Positions 14,638 to 23,462 are shown, counted from the stretch's first letter. The stretch is DNA of 37,568 nucleotides from Candidatus Saccharimonadota bacterium (GCA_028289185.1 JAQGGV010000003.1:1-37568); one strand, 5' to 3'. Translations and numbers: made by a program. Notes: a model not told the origin generated them from the sequence alone.

Positions 14638-16665
14638 ATGAGCGAAACACCAGCGCCAGCAACATCAACCAAAGAAGCCGAAAAAATGGCAATTTGGAAC
14701 GACCCAGAACTCTCAACCTGGGAAAAAGCACATGCCATCAAAGACTTAGGTGACGAAGCCGAAGTATCAACTGAATCAGCTGATGACAAAAAGCAAGCCA
14801 TCATGAACGACGAAGATAAGTCTGATTGGGAAAAGGTCAACGAAATTCGCGCCCTTGATGATGCAGAGCCTGCTGCTGATCCTGGTGAAGCTGCACCCGC
14901 AAGTCCTGAAACATTCAGCGCCACCGTTGAAAGTGTTGTTGGTCCAACCGCTTTCGCTCAAATGACACCAGAAATGTTAAAGCGTATCGAGGACGATCCA
15001 AACCTCCGCACATTAGTAGAATTGCAAAGCAAAACTGACCCCGATGGTGAAAGCCTCGGCTCAATCTTTGAAGCAGACGAGGAAGCTCGTAACGCGCTTA
15101 TGGCCATTCTTGCGAAACTTGTCCCAGCTGATACCGCCGCACAGACACAAGATCCCGCCACAGCCGACCAACAGCCACCACGTGCGTGGAAAGATATGAC
15201 ACCCGAAGAACGCGGTGTTGCTATTGCCGCCAAATTTGGCGAAGACATCGCCCCAACTGATCGCGCTGGCATCGGTGCACAAGGTGTCGCGACGGCCTTA
15301 CATATCAGCTCTGCAAACCAATCACGAAAAGAAAAGAAGGCCCTTAAGCGTGCCGCAAAGCGCACAAAACATGAGCAAGAACTTCGTGACAAAGGCATGA
15401 CTGACGCAGTCGAAATCAAAAAAGAACTTGATAAACGTGAACGACGAACAAAAATCTTATCACGAGTTGCAATCGGCATCGCATCTGCCGCTGCAGCAGG
15501 CCTCGCAATCTATGGCTACGAACACTTTAAATATTTGCTCGATAACAGAACTGGCGCGGGTTCTACACCTAAGGTAAACGACCTTCCTCCTTCGAGCGCT
15601 GGCAGCCCAAGCCAGGAACAGCTCAAGCATGTATTTGATACGATGCCCGACACATCAAAAATGACCGATAAACTTCATCATGCCAATGACTTTAGTCCTG
15701 GCAACCCAGCTCTGTCGGCAAACGACAAAGCTGGTGCAATTAAGAACGTCACAGAAATGTTCCAGGGGAACCCAAACATCACTGCGATGTGGGCGTCACA
15801 ACTTCATATTCCTGGTGCCCCTGTTATGCCTCCTGTTGATGTTATGCAGCACAGTGATGCCGCCGTTTCGGCCTTTAACATTAAGGTGAACGACTGGGGT
15901 ACTTACCTCCATGACAACCCTACTGCCTACAATAATGTCATCTCCCAGATTACTGACAAATTGAACAAGGGAACGATTGGCAATGAAATCACTCTTCGTC
16001 CTGGCTATATGTCACCTGGTGCCAACAACTCGTTGACGCAACTAATCTATGGTGCGAAACCATCGGCTCCCGGTAGTCACGACGCGCACCAAGTGTTCAT
16101 GGATCCATCGGTTGGGTATGGTGACCAAAAAGCCCGTGAATACATCATCGATGGTCAGACGTACTGTTGGGATGAATATTGTAACCAGCTTTCGATTCAG
16201 CCTCCAGCGCAGATAGCTGCTCCGGCATCTGTACCACAGGAAATATTCCATTCACAAGTTGGCACAGTTCCTGCAGTTCCTCCAGCGGAAAGCATTGCAC
16301 CTCCACCAGTAAACATAGCTCCTCCTGTAGACACAGTTCCTCCAGGCGGTAGCCCTCCACCTGTCGATACTCCTCCAATTGATACACCTCCACCAGTAAC
16401 TCGTCCGGTAAAGGGTCCTGGCACTAACCCTGGTCTGCCACAGATGGGCTCAGGTATCGATGAAGGTAATAATCCGTTCACCGTCGCACCTCCAGAAACT
16501 CATAATGGTGTGACCGACGCCGTCCGTCCAGGACTAGGCGCAGACCCAGGTCGTCAAAGTGGCCTTGGTGTACCAGGAGCTCGAGAAGCTAACCCTGGTG
16601 CTGCACCCGGTGCAAGCATCGGTGGTGGCAATAACGGCCCCGGCTCACGTCCGAACGCAAATTAA
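14638..16665 (+). CDS. Large single-pass membrane protein: acidic repeat-containing N-terminal half, one TM, extracytoplasmic domain, Pro-rich C-terminus
   Basis: ORF track. Tandem repeat AIWNDPELSTWEKAHAIKDLGDEAE / AIMNDEDKSDWEKVNEIRALDDAE. TM segment ILSRVAIGIASAAAAGLAIYGY. C-terminal PPVNIAPPVDTVPPGGSPPPVDTPPIDTPPP. Confidence 0.65.
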   Translation: MSETPAPATSTKEAEKMAIWNDPELSTWEKAHAIKDLGDEAEVSTESADDKKQAIMNDEDKSDWEKVNEIRALDDAEPAADPGEAAPASPETFSATVESVVGPTAFAQMTPEMLKRIEDDPNLRTLVELQSKTDPDGESLGSIFEADEEARNALMAILAKLVPADTAAQTQDPATADQQPPRAWKDMTPEERGVAIAAKFGEDIAPTDRAGIGAQGVATALHISSANQSRKEKKALKRAAKRTKHEQELRDKGMTDAVEIKKELDKRERRTKILSRVAIGIASAAAAGLAIYGYEHFKYLLDNRTGAGSTPKVNDLPPSSAGSPSQEQLKHVFDTMPDTSKMTDKLHHANDFSPGNPALSANDKAGAIKNVTEMFQGNPNITAMWASQLHIPGAPVMPPVDVMQHSDAAVSAFNIKVNDWGTYLHDNPTAYNNVISQITDKLNKGTIGNEITLRPGYMSPGANNSLTQLIYGAKPSAPGSHDAHQVFMDPSVGYGDQKAREYIIDGQTYCWDEYCNQLSIQPPAQIAAPASVPQEIFHSQVGTVPAVPPAESIAPPPVNIAPPVDTVPPGGSPPPVDTPPIDTPPPVTRPVKGPGTNPGLPQMGSGIDEGNNPFTVAPPETHNGVTDAVRPGLGADPGRQSGLGVPGAREANPGAAPGASIGGGNNGPGSRPNAN

Positions 16666-16686
16666 TCATAGGAAAGGAATAGAACT

Positions 16687-18033
16687 ATGCGTACCTTTAT
16701 AAAAAACATCAAGCAAAAATTTGATCTTCGCACATCAAGCTTCGTAGTCTCAGTACTCCTATCGATTGTTGCCATTCCGGCAGCGGTGTTGGCCTACGGC
16801 CCAGATCGTCCAACCTTCACGATTACTGACCCAGCAACCTATGTCACATTTGACTCAATCACTAACGACCCTAGTTACGGTGACGAGCGGAACTTCTTTC
16901 GTGTCAAAGACGTCACGACAGGCGAACAATATGGCGATACGGCCAACCTAAAATCTGGCGACAAGTACGAAGCATTGATTTTTTACCACAACAACGCATC
17001 AAGCGACTTGAACACCAGTGGTGTTGGTATCGCTCACGGTGCCTATGCCCGAACAGCATTGCCATCGGTTATCCATGCCGGTACAAGCTCGACGACCGCA
17101 GAGGCATATGTTGGCGCAACCAACGCGAATCCTCAAACGGTGTATGACTATATCAACTTCAGTAACTCTGGCGCTGGTGACATCGCAATCCGTTATGTAG
17201 ATAACTCTGCCAAGATTTTCAACAACGGTGCGACCAATGGCCAAGCCATCAACGAAAACGCACTGTTTAGCAGCACTGGTACACCGCTTGGCTTTGACAG
17301 CCTAAACGGTGACCTGCCAGCCTGTGACCATTACTCTGGTTACATTACCTTTGACTTCACCGCCGTTGCTCCTAACTTCACCTTTGTCAAAAACGTCCGT
17401 CCAACTGGTACTGGCGCAGATGCCTGGAAACCCAACCTAACGGTTAACCAGGGCACAACAGTTGATTACAAACTGTCCTATGACAACACGGGTAACACTG
17501 CACAGAATGACGTCACCCTGCGTGATAAGCTACCTGCCGGTGTTACATTTATCCCTGGCAGTGCCAAACTCTATAACGGTAACTTCCCGGATGGCAAGAC
17601 GGTTGATGATAGTATTAGCAGCGCTAACGGTAGCGATATCGGCAACTACGCCGGTAGCAGTAGCGCAGATCTTCACTTCTCAGCACGCATTGATGCCGCT
17701 CCTTGTACGGTCCTGACAAACATTGCAACGGCCGCGACCGTGAATGGTGAGCTTGACTCAAGCGCAACCGTAACCGTTGCAGGAAATTGTGCTGGCGTTC
17801 TGCCAACGACTGGTCCTGCGCAAGTTATTGCTGGCCTGATTGGCCTAGGTGCAATCACTGTCGGAGTCGTGTACTTCCTGAAGAGCCGCCAAGAACTGGA
17901 ATTTGCGATGCTCCACACCCAGTCACACCCACTTACACTTTCGAAAAATGACCCGCCAACAGCTCCTGACGCTACGCAAGTAGAAGACGTTGAAGCTGAG
18001 CACAAACACAAAAAATCTGAGCACAAAAAATAA
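16687..18033 (+). CDS. Secreted surface protein with a DUF11-like repeat domain and an LPXTG-type (LPTTG) sorting signal
   Basis: Signal-peptide-like N-terminus. TVDYKLSYDNTGNTAQNDVTLRDKLPAGVTFIPGS resembles DUF11. LPTTG is followed by a TM (PAQVIAGLIGLGAITVGVVYFL) and KSRQ, then about 47 further residues. Confidence 0.7.
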   Translation: MRTFIKNIKQKFDLRTSSFVVSVLLSIVAIPAAVLAYGPDRPTFTITDPATYVTFDSITNDPSYGDERNFFRVKDVTTGEQYGDTANLKSGDKYEALIFYHNNASSDLNTSGVGIAHGAYARTALPSVIHAGTSSTTAEAYVGATNANPQTVYDYINFSNSGAGDIAIRYVDNSAKIFNNGATNGQAINENALFSSTGTPLGFDSLNGDLPACDHYSGYITFDFTAVAPNFTFVKNVRPTGTGADAWKPNLTVNQGTTVDYKLSYDNTGNTAQNDVTLRDKLPAGVTFIPGSAKLYNGNFPDGKTVDDSISSANGSDIGNYAGSSSADLHFSARIDAAPCTVLTNIATAATVNGELDSSATVTVAGNCAGVLPTTGPAQVIAGLIGLGAITVGVVYFLKSRQELEFAMLHTQSHPLTLSKNDPPTAPDATQVEDVEAEHKHKKSEHKK

Positions 18034-18057
18034 ACATTGGTCCTTGCTCAGATTTAG

Positions 18058-18089
18058 AAACTCCCCTGTAGCTAACGCAGGGGAGTTTT
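18058..18089 (+). terminator. Intrinsic terminator after the LPXTG protein gene
   Basis: AAACTCCCCTG tagctaacg CAGGGGAGTTT plus T. Confidence 0.75.
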
Positions 18090-18095
18090 GCATAT

Positions 18096-18127
18096 AAAAA
18101 GGAAGGGCTTGCCCTTCCGATTCTTTT
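18096..18127 (-). terminator. Terminator (GGAAGGG-N4-CCCTTCC hairpin, copy 3) for the convergent minus-strand gene
   Basis: AAAAA GGAAGGG cttg CCCTTCC gattcTTTT. On the minus strand the hairpin is followed by TTTTT. Confidence 0.6.
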
Positions 18128-18205
18128 ACAAAGTGAATTTGCAAAAGAACCTCCTGCCCCTAAAGCCCATGCTGCGCATGGTAGTCCACGGCTAGAGCCC
18201 TGTGT

Positions 18206-18739
18206 CTACGCGTCAGTCTTGGGGTGGGACAAGTAATCAATCTCTTTGATAATGTCCAAAAGGGCTTCGGCGCGACGGGTTTCGTCAGTGATTGCTTTGG
18301 CGGCATCGTGGGCAGGGCCGATAAGATTGGTGTCGTCGGTGCTACGGATGAGGAGCAGATATGTGTCGAACTTTTCCTCCGGTGAAACGTTGAGCTTATC
18401 AACAAGCGGACGAAGCTCTACGAGGGCGTCTTGCTTGATTGCAGCAAGTGGGCCGCTGTCCTCGGTTACGACCGCTGGAGCGGGTACAGGAGCTGTAGGA
18501 TAGATCAATGGGGCTGATGGATCAGGTGATAGGTACGGAGGCGTATCCGATGGCTGAGTCGGCAGAGGTGCTGGCATAGGCTGGATAGCAGGGTAAGGTG
18601 AGGGGACGGCACCAGCGTGCTGTACAGGGACTGCCTGGCCATAGGGGTTAGGAACGCCACCAACACTCGCAGCAGCACCAGCTACGTTATCAAGTGCTTT
18701 AACTAAATCCTGTTCGCCCGTACCCTCGGTCATGCCCAC
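18206..18739 (-). CDS. Hypothetical protein with a Pro-rich centre and a helical C-terminal domain (177 aa)
   Basis: ORF track only. GTG start at 18739, with an alternative ATG at 18733. Confidence 0.5.
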   Translation of the reverse strand: MGMTEGTGEQDLVKALDNVAGAAASVGGVPNPYGQAVPVQHAGAVPSPYPAIQPMPAPLPTQPSDTPPYLSPDPSAPLIYPTAPVPAPAVVTEDSGPLAAIKQDALVELRPLVDKLNVSPEEKFDTYLLLIRSTDDTNLIGPAHDAAKAITDETRRAEALLDIIKEIDYLSHPKTDA

Positions 18740-18819
18740 CTCGTAATAGTATTGTTGTTATGCTTTAATCTTCCAAAAGTGTATCATAATTACAGTGATA
18801 CTCGCAACAGGAGGAAAAT

Positions 18820-19863
18820 ATGCTTGACGATACGAACATTTTGAAACAGCGCGACCCCAAGAACGCGTTAGGAGTAGCGGCCGATCAATGGCAGCAGGTG
18901 CAATACGGTGCAGAGGTTCTAGACGGGACCCCCGAGAGTCTCAATATTACCAAAGTCGTGATTGCCGGCATGGGCGGAAGCGCTCTGGCGGCTCTGTTAA
19001 TGAAGGCATGGCTAGAAGAAAAGCTAAAGATACCGCTGGAAGTTGTACGTGAGTACGAGTTGCCGACGTATGTTGATGCTACGACGCTGGTTGTCGCCAG
19101 TAGCTACTCGGGCAATACCGAGGAGACAATTGCCTGTCTAGCCCAGGCGGAACAACTTGGTGCGCATCGATCGGTGATTGCAGCGGGTGGCAAGTTGATT
19201 GAGCAGGCAGAAGCAAGTAAATTGCCGCGAGTGCAAATCCCCGCAGGATTGCAGCCACGTATGGCAGTGTTGTTTAACTTGAAGGCGCTAGCCGCATTGT
19301 TGACGAGCTTTGGTGTGTTGTCGAACGAGGTCGTAGAGGAGGTGGCGCAAACAGGTGACTGGCTAAAGAGCGAATCGGATCAGTGGACATCATTGGTACC
19401 GATTGATAAAAACTACGCCAAGCAACTAGCGCTGATTGCCGTGGGCAAGACGCCAGTATTCTATGGCGGTCGACTGACTGGCCCCGTGGCGTATAAATGG
19501 AAGATTAGTTGGAATGAGAACGCCAAGAACGTGTCGTTTTGGAATGTTTATTCCGAAGCAAATCACAATGAATTTATTGGTTGGTCATCGCACCCTATCG
19601 AAAAGCCGTTTGTGATATTTGATATCAAGAGTTCGTTTGAACATGAGCGGATTTTGAAGCGATTTGAGATTACCGATCGATTGCTGAGTGGTATGCGACC
19701 AAAAGCGAATACGATTGAACTTGTGGGCGATACACCACTGAAACAACTACTATGGGGCAGTATATTAGCAGACTTTGTGAGTATCTACTTGGCGGTGCTC
19801 AATGGCGTCGATCCTACCCCCGTTGATTTGGTCGAAAAACTGAAAACCGAACTGGTAAAATAG
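18820..19863 (+). CDS. Bifunctional phosphoglucose/phosphomannose isomerase (SIS-domain, archaeal-type PGI/PMI)
   Basis: SIS motifs VIAGMGGSALAA and VVASSYSGNTEET. The length and C-terminal half are typical of the bifunctional PGI/PMI family. SD AGGAGGA upstream. Confidence 0.75.
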   Translation: MLDDTNILKQRDPKNALGVAADQWQQVQYGAEVLDGTPESLNITKVVIAGMGGSALAALLMKAWLEEKLKIPLEVVREYELPTYVDATTLVVASSYSGNTEETIACLAQAEQLGAHRSVIAAGGKLIEQAEASKLPRVQIPAGLQPRMAVLFNLKALAALLTSFGVLSNEVVEEVAQTGDWLKSESDQWTSLVPIDKNYAKQLALIAVGKTPVFYGGRLTGPVAYKWKISWNENAKNVSFWNVYSEANHNEFIGWSSHPIEKPFVIFDIKSSFEHERILKRFEITDRLLSGMRPKANTIELVGDTPLKQLLWGSILADFVSIYLAVLNGVDPTPVDLVEKLKTELVK

Positions 19864-19936
19864 CCCGGAAATAACGAGGCCCCCAGAGCCCCGCTATGAT
19901 AACGCGAGGATGGGGGCTTGCGCGCCGGCATAGTGG

Positions 19937-20347
19937 CTAAAAGCCGCCGGCGCAGGGTAGATGGAGACCGGGCACTGGACTACTGAGCGGGCGGAACGCC
20001 ATCGCGAGTTTACGCGGTAGCTTGGGCGCCTGCTCGTCGTAGTTGAACGAGTAGACACCGACGCCAGTGTAGTGGTCGCGGTGGAACGTGCGCCCTATCG
20101 TGATGGCACAGCACATTGGCGAGTAGAAGACGGTAGTTGAGCCGTCTTGTTCTGCGACCGGAGGCAGTACTGTCTTGATAGTGACGCGAAGGCGGTGTGC
20201 ATCGAGCCCACCACCCCAGCGCCAGCTGAAGCTGTGCCGGATGAGCCCAGGGAGCATCTTTGGATCAACCGCAGCCTTTTTCGAGGTGAACGAGGCGGCG
20301 GGTGCCGAGATGATCTTGATGAGCTCTTCGGTGTCCGGAATGGACAT
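19937..20347 (-). CDS. Hypothetical protein (136 aa) in a ~60% GC islet
   Basis: ORF track, with AGGAG 5 nt upstream of the ATG. No motif recognised. GC counted by hand at 55-65% per 60-nt line, against 38-53% in the neighbouring pgi gene. Confidence 0.45.
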   Translation of the reverse strand: MSIPDTEELIKIISAPAASFTSKKAAVDPKMLPGLIRHSFSWRWGGGLDAHRLRVTIKTVLPPVAEQDGSTTVFYSPMCCAITIGRTFHRDHYTGVGVYSFNYDEQAPKLPRKLAMAFRPLSSPVPGLHLPCAGGF

Positions 20348-20433
20348 GGTTACTCCTTCTGTGAGGGAAAGATCGATCCTAACAAATTTCCGTCATCGTT
20401 GACGGGGGTCAGTTTGAAGATGATTATATCATT

Positions 20434-21669
20434 TTAATGGTATTGGCGCAAGGCTTCGATAGGGTCTTTGCGAGCTGCTCGGACGGCTGGATATAGGCCA
20501 AAGATGAGCCCAACCAAGAGTGAAATGCCAAATGACAGACCAGCAATTGTCCAGTTAAAAACAGGGTCGAACGTCAGGAAGGTACGCGCCACGCCAAATG
20601 CGACCAGGTAGCCGATGACGTAGCCTGTGAGGCCGCCGCCAAGACTCATGGCAAGAGATTCAATCAGGAACTGCCAGGTTATGTGAGTATTCGAGGCGCC
20701 AAGCGATTTACGGATGCCGATTTCGCGCGTACGTTCTGATACGCCAACCAACATAATGTTCATGATGCCAATACCACCGACCAGCAGCGAAATTCCGGCG
20801 ATAGTCGTGAGGGTGGCAGCGACGGTGTAAAAGAGTTCGTTTGCCGGGTGGGCTAGGGCGTCACCGCTCAGAACGACATAATCCTTTTCACCTTGGTGAT
20901 TTGAGGAGAGTTTTTTGTTTACTTGGTCGACAACGCTCGCTAGTTTGCTGTCGTTGGAGGCCCGCAGGTCGATTTGCTGGATAGAAGCGACACCTTGGTT
21001 GAAGGCTTTGCCACTGTCTATACCGATAATGGCAGCGTGATCAAAATCAACATTGTTGTAGTTAACGGGGGTATTTGTAAGTTTGAGGACACCGATGACC
21101 GTAAATGTCATACCGTGCGTGTGGAAGGTACGACCGATAGCTTGGTCTGTGCCATAAAGGTTGACTGCCAGTTGTGTGCCAATGACAGCGGTGTCCTTGT
21201 TGGTGACACTGTCAATGAACTGACCATCACTCATAGGAAGCGAAACAATGTCGGTCAGTGAGGGTGTTGTTGCCAGGATTTCGGCATCGTTTGGCGTGGT
21301 ACTGCCGGTAGTGACATTGCCGCCAATCAACATCAATGGAGCGACTGCGCTGACACCAGGAATATTGCCAATATCACTCACGTCTTGCTGCGTCAGGCTG
21401 CTGGTTGGTTGGGCACCGGCAAGTGTGGCGGTGATGTTGTTGACCTGCGTGTCATGGTCTGGTGAGCCTGGTCGTACGACGGCGATTGCGCCACCGGCCT
21501 GAGCAACTTGGTCGCCGATGATTTTGGTTGCACCGGCGCTGAGGGATAGGACGACGGTGATACTTGCGATACCGATAGTAACGCCAAGAACCGTGAGGCC
21601 TGTACGCAGGCGATTGGCGCGCAGGGACTCATAGGCGTTAGCCAGGTGGTTGGTGATAAGTAGTCGCAT
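20434..21669 (-). CDS. ABC transporter permease, MacB/FtsX-like
   Basis: N-terminal TM, a large extracytoplasmic domain, then a C-terminal FtsX-type 3-TM bundle (RTREIGIRKSLGAS...). Its start overlaps the ATPase stop (TAATG). Confidence 0.85.
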   Translation of the reverse strand: MRLLITNHLANAYESLRANRLRTGLTVLGVTIGIASITVVLSLSAGATKIIGDQVAQAGGAIAVVRPGSPDHDTQVNNITATLAGAQPTSSLTQQDVSDIGNIPGVSAVAPLMLIGGNVTTGSTTPNDAEILATTPSLTDIVSLPMSDGQFIDSVTNKDTAVIGTQLAVNLYGTDQAIGRTFHTHGMTFTVIGVLKLTNTPVNYNNVDFDHAAIIGIDSGKAFNQGVASIQQIDLRASNDSKLASVVDQVNKKLSSNHQGEKDYVVLSGDALAHPANELFYTVAATLTTIAGISLLVGGIGIMNIMLVGVSERTREIGIRKSLGASNTHITWQFLIESLAMSLGGGLTGYVIGYLVAFGVARTFLTFDPVFNWTIAGLSFGISLLVGLIFGLYPAVRAARKDPIEALRQYH

Positions 21670-22466
21670 TATGATTTCCTCGCCTTTGTTTTACGAGGCT
21701 TTTTGGCGGGTTTGCGTTTGGTACCAAGAGGCTTTTTGGGTGCGAGTTCACCCTTTTTTGGTCGTGGAGCTTTGGTATCACTGTCGATGCGACCGTCAAC
21801 CATATGAATGACTCGGCTGGCGTAACTGGTCAGGTCGGGGTTGTGAGTGACCATGATGATAGTGTTGCCACGTCGGTGGATGTCGGCCAGTTCCTCCATG
21901 ATGACATGGGACGACCGACTGTCCAGGTTGCCAGTCGGCTCGTCAGCCAGGACAATTGACGGGTTGTTGACGAGTGCACGGGCGATGGCGACGCGCTGTG
22001 TCTGGCCACCGGATAGTTGCCAAGGCATGTAATATTCACGCTCGGATAGGTGGAAGGTCCCGAGCATCTTGCTGGCTTCCTGGAGACGTTTTGTTTTGTG
22101 CTTGCCCTGATAGGTGAGGGGTAGTGCAACGTTTTCGATAACGTTTAGGCGTGAAACAAGGTTGAAATTCTGAAAGACGAGGCCGATTTGATTGCTGCGG
22201 ATTCGTGCTCGCCCAGCGCTCGTCATAGTCTCGACGTTGCGGCCATCCAGTTCGTAGTCACCGTCGTCACCTCGGTCGAGTAGGCCTAGTATGTTAAGAA
22301 GTGTCGTCTTGCCACAACCGCTTGGTCCCATGATGGCGATGAACTCGCCTTTGTCGATCGTCAGGTCCAGCCCATCCAGGACGGTATGCTCGGCATCACC
22401 AAGACCGTACCTCTTTGTCAGGCCGCTTAGCGCAATAACTGGCGGAGTTAGTTCATCAGTTTCCAT
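21669..22466 (-). CDS. ABC transporter ATP-binding protein (MacB/LolD-like) with a Lys-rich C-terminal tail
   Basis: Walker [10 protein letters not shown], signature LSGGQTQR, Walker B IVLADEPT. The C-terminus is [34 protein letters not shown]. Confidence 0.9.
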   Translation of the reverse strand: METDELTPPVIALSGLTKRYGLGDAEHTVLDGLDLTIDKGEFIAIMGPSGCGKTTLLNILGLLDRGDDGDYELDGRNVETMTSAGRARIRSNQIGLVFQNFNLVSRLNVIENVALPLTYQGKHKTKRLQEASKMLGTFHLSEREYYMPWQLSGGQTQRVAIARALVNNPSIVLADEPTGNLDSRSSHVIMEELADIHRRGNTIIMVTHNPDLTSYASRVIHMVDGRIDSDTKAPRPKKGELAPKKPLGTKRKPAKKPRKTKARKS

Positions 22467-22544
22467 TGACTCTATTATAGGGAGCGTTACAGGGGCAACG
22501 CAACCGTAAGCGAGTGTCTTTTCTACAACTGTTAAAATAGATAG

Positions 22545-22687
22545 GTTGCATTGTTATTTCGCACAGCTTGCTGTGCCCCAAATCATCAAACCAAGCTTGC
22601 TGTTTGATGATTTGAGAGGAGGAATAACGGGAGTGTGCCAGCTTTCGAGTTTACTCGGAAGCGAGAACACTGAGTGCATTCCGACGA
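22545..22687 (+). other. Structured region upstream of tRNA-Ser (candidate pre-tRNA leader or small RNA)
   Basis: Extended -10-like TGTTAAAAT at 22530-22538. Hairpins: GCACAGC tt GCTGTGC (22561-22576); AAATCATCAAAC-N10-GTTTGATGATTT (22580-22613, 12-bp perfect stem); GCTTTCGAG ttta CTCGGAAGC (22641-22662). AGCTTGCTGT occurs in both of the first two hairpins. Confidence 0.3.
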
Positions 22688-22775
22688 GGAGAGGTGTCCG
22701 AGTGGTTGAAGGAGCACGCTTGGAAAGCGTGTGTGCGGCAACGTACCGCAGGTTCGAATCCTGTTCTCTCCGCCA
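22688..22775 (+). tRNA. tRNA-Ser(GGA): tRNA-Ser (anticodon GGA), type II with a long variable arm, CCA encoded
   Basis: Manual fold. Acceptor GGAGAGG/TCTCTCC. D-arm TCC GAGTGGTTGAA GGA. Anticodon stem CACGC/GCGTG with loop TTGGAAA. Variable arm of 16 nt. T-arm GCAGG TTCGAAT CCTGT. Discriminator G, then CCA. Confidence 0.9.
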
Positions 22776-22776
22776 A

Positions 22777-22810
22777 GAAAATAGACTAGGCAGATGCCTA
22801 GTCTATTTTC
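22777..22810. terminator. Bidirectional hairpin terminator
   Basis: GAAAATAGACTAGGCA ga TGCCTAGTCTATTTTC, a near-perfect 16-bp palindrome between the tRNA and a convergent CDS. It has A/T runs on both sides. Confidence 0.75.
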
Positions 22811-22828
22811 TTGCTCGATACTTCGCTA

Positions 22829-23407
22829 TTAATCGGTGTCGACAGTACTTGGACTGACAACAACCAAATCCGTACCTTCAGAATCCTTCAGTTCAATAAG
22901 AGTGAAATTCTCGTCTTTGTAGATGTTGTCATCCTGCTTTTTGATGTGGTTAATCTGGGAGAGTGCCTTTGTTGTCACGGTGATGGAATCCTGCACACTC
23001 AGGGGTGCAACCTGACCATCGTGTTCGGTTTCATAGGCATGTTCTGCCTGTTCGGCTAGGCCGCCGGCACCATCAATGATGACAAATGATTGTTCACCAG
23101 TTTGGTCGAGCGTCATATTTGGGATGGTCGCAGGAGAAAGTGTCGAATCATGACTATAGCTAGCCTGAATGTAGAGGAGCTGATCCTGTGTATCATGGCT
23201 GAGGTCTGTGACGTATTCAAAATGTGCTTGTTCGCTTGTATCAATAGAAGCTGCGGCTTTGTCCGGCTCGACGGTGTTTCCTACGAAGTTATGCAGGCTA
23301 AGCACGCCAGCCACGGCTGCTGCACCGGCCGCGGTTGCGACACCGACGGTTACTACGCGCGAACGTTCAGAGGTAGAAGGAGATTCGTTTTTGTTTTTAA
23401 GGCTCAT
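22829..23407 (-). CDS. Membrane-anchored hypothetical protein (192 aa)
   Basis: ORF track. N-terminal TM (VVTVGVATAAGAAAVAGVLSL) followed by an acidic extracytoplasmic region. Confidence 0.55.
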   Translation of the reverse strand: MSLKNKNESPSTSERSRVVTVGVATAAGAAAVAGVLSLHNFVGNTVEPDKAAASIDTSEQAHFEYVTDLSHDTQDQLLYIQASYSHDSTLSPATIPNMTLDQTGEQSFVIIDGAGGLAEQAEHAYETEHDGQVAPLSVQDSITVTTKALSQINHIKKQDDNIYKDENFTLIELKDSEGTDLVVVSPSTVDTD

Positions 23408-23416
23408 GCTTATAAT

Positions 23417-23453
23417 TTACCATACATAAGCATAATTGTCAATGTTATGGTAA
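23417..23453. promoter_or_regulatory. Inverted repeat in the divergent promoter region (candidate operator)
   Basis: TTACCATA (23417-23424) and TATGGTAA (23446-23453) separated by 21 nt. It lies within the 55-bp spacer between 23407 (minus) and 23463 (plus). Confidence 0.4.
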
Positions 23454-23462
23454 CATGATGCA

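Noticed and set aside
14047-18033. Diversity-generating retroelement or phase-variation target in the surface-protein genes
   Set aside because: There is no reverse transcriptase gene and no template/variable repeat pair with adenine-specific differences. No homopolymeric or short tandem DNA repeats occur at the 5' ends. The proline-rich repeats are at protein level and are imperfect in DNA.
22545-22687. Identification of the pre-tRNA region as SRP RNA, 6S RNA, RNase P RNA or tmRNA
   Set aside because: None of the conserved signatures I know is present: the SRP GGAA tetraloop with the AGCA motif, the RNase P GAGGAAAGTCC motif, or the tmRNA tag with a tRNA-like end. It remains an unclassified structured region.
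22546-22857. 103-aa plus-strand ORF
   Set aside because: It reads straight through tRNA-Ser (22688-22775) and its terminator, so it is spurious.
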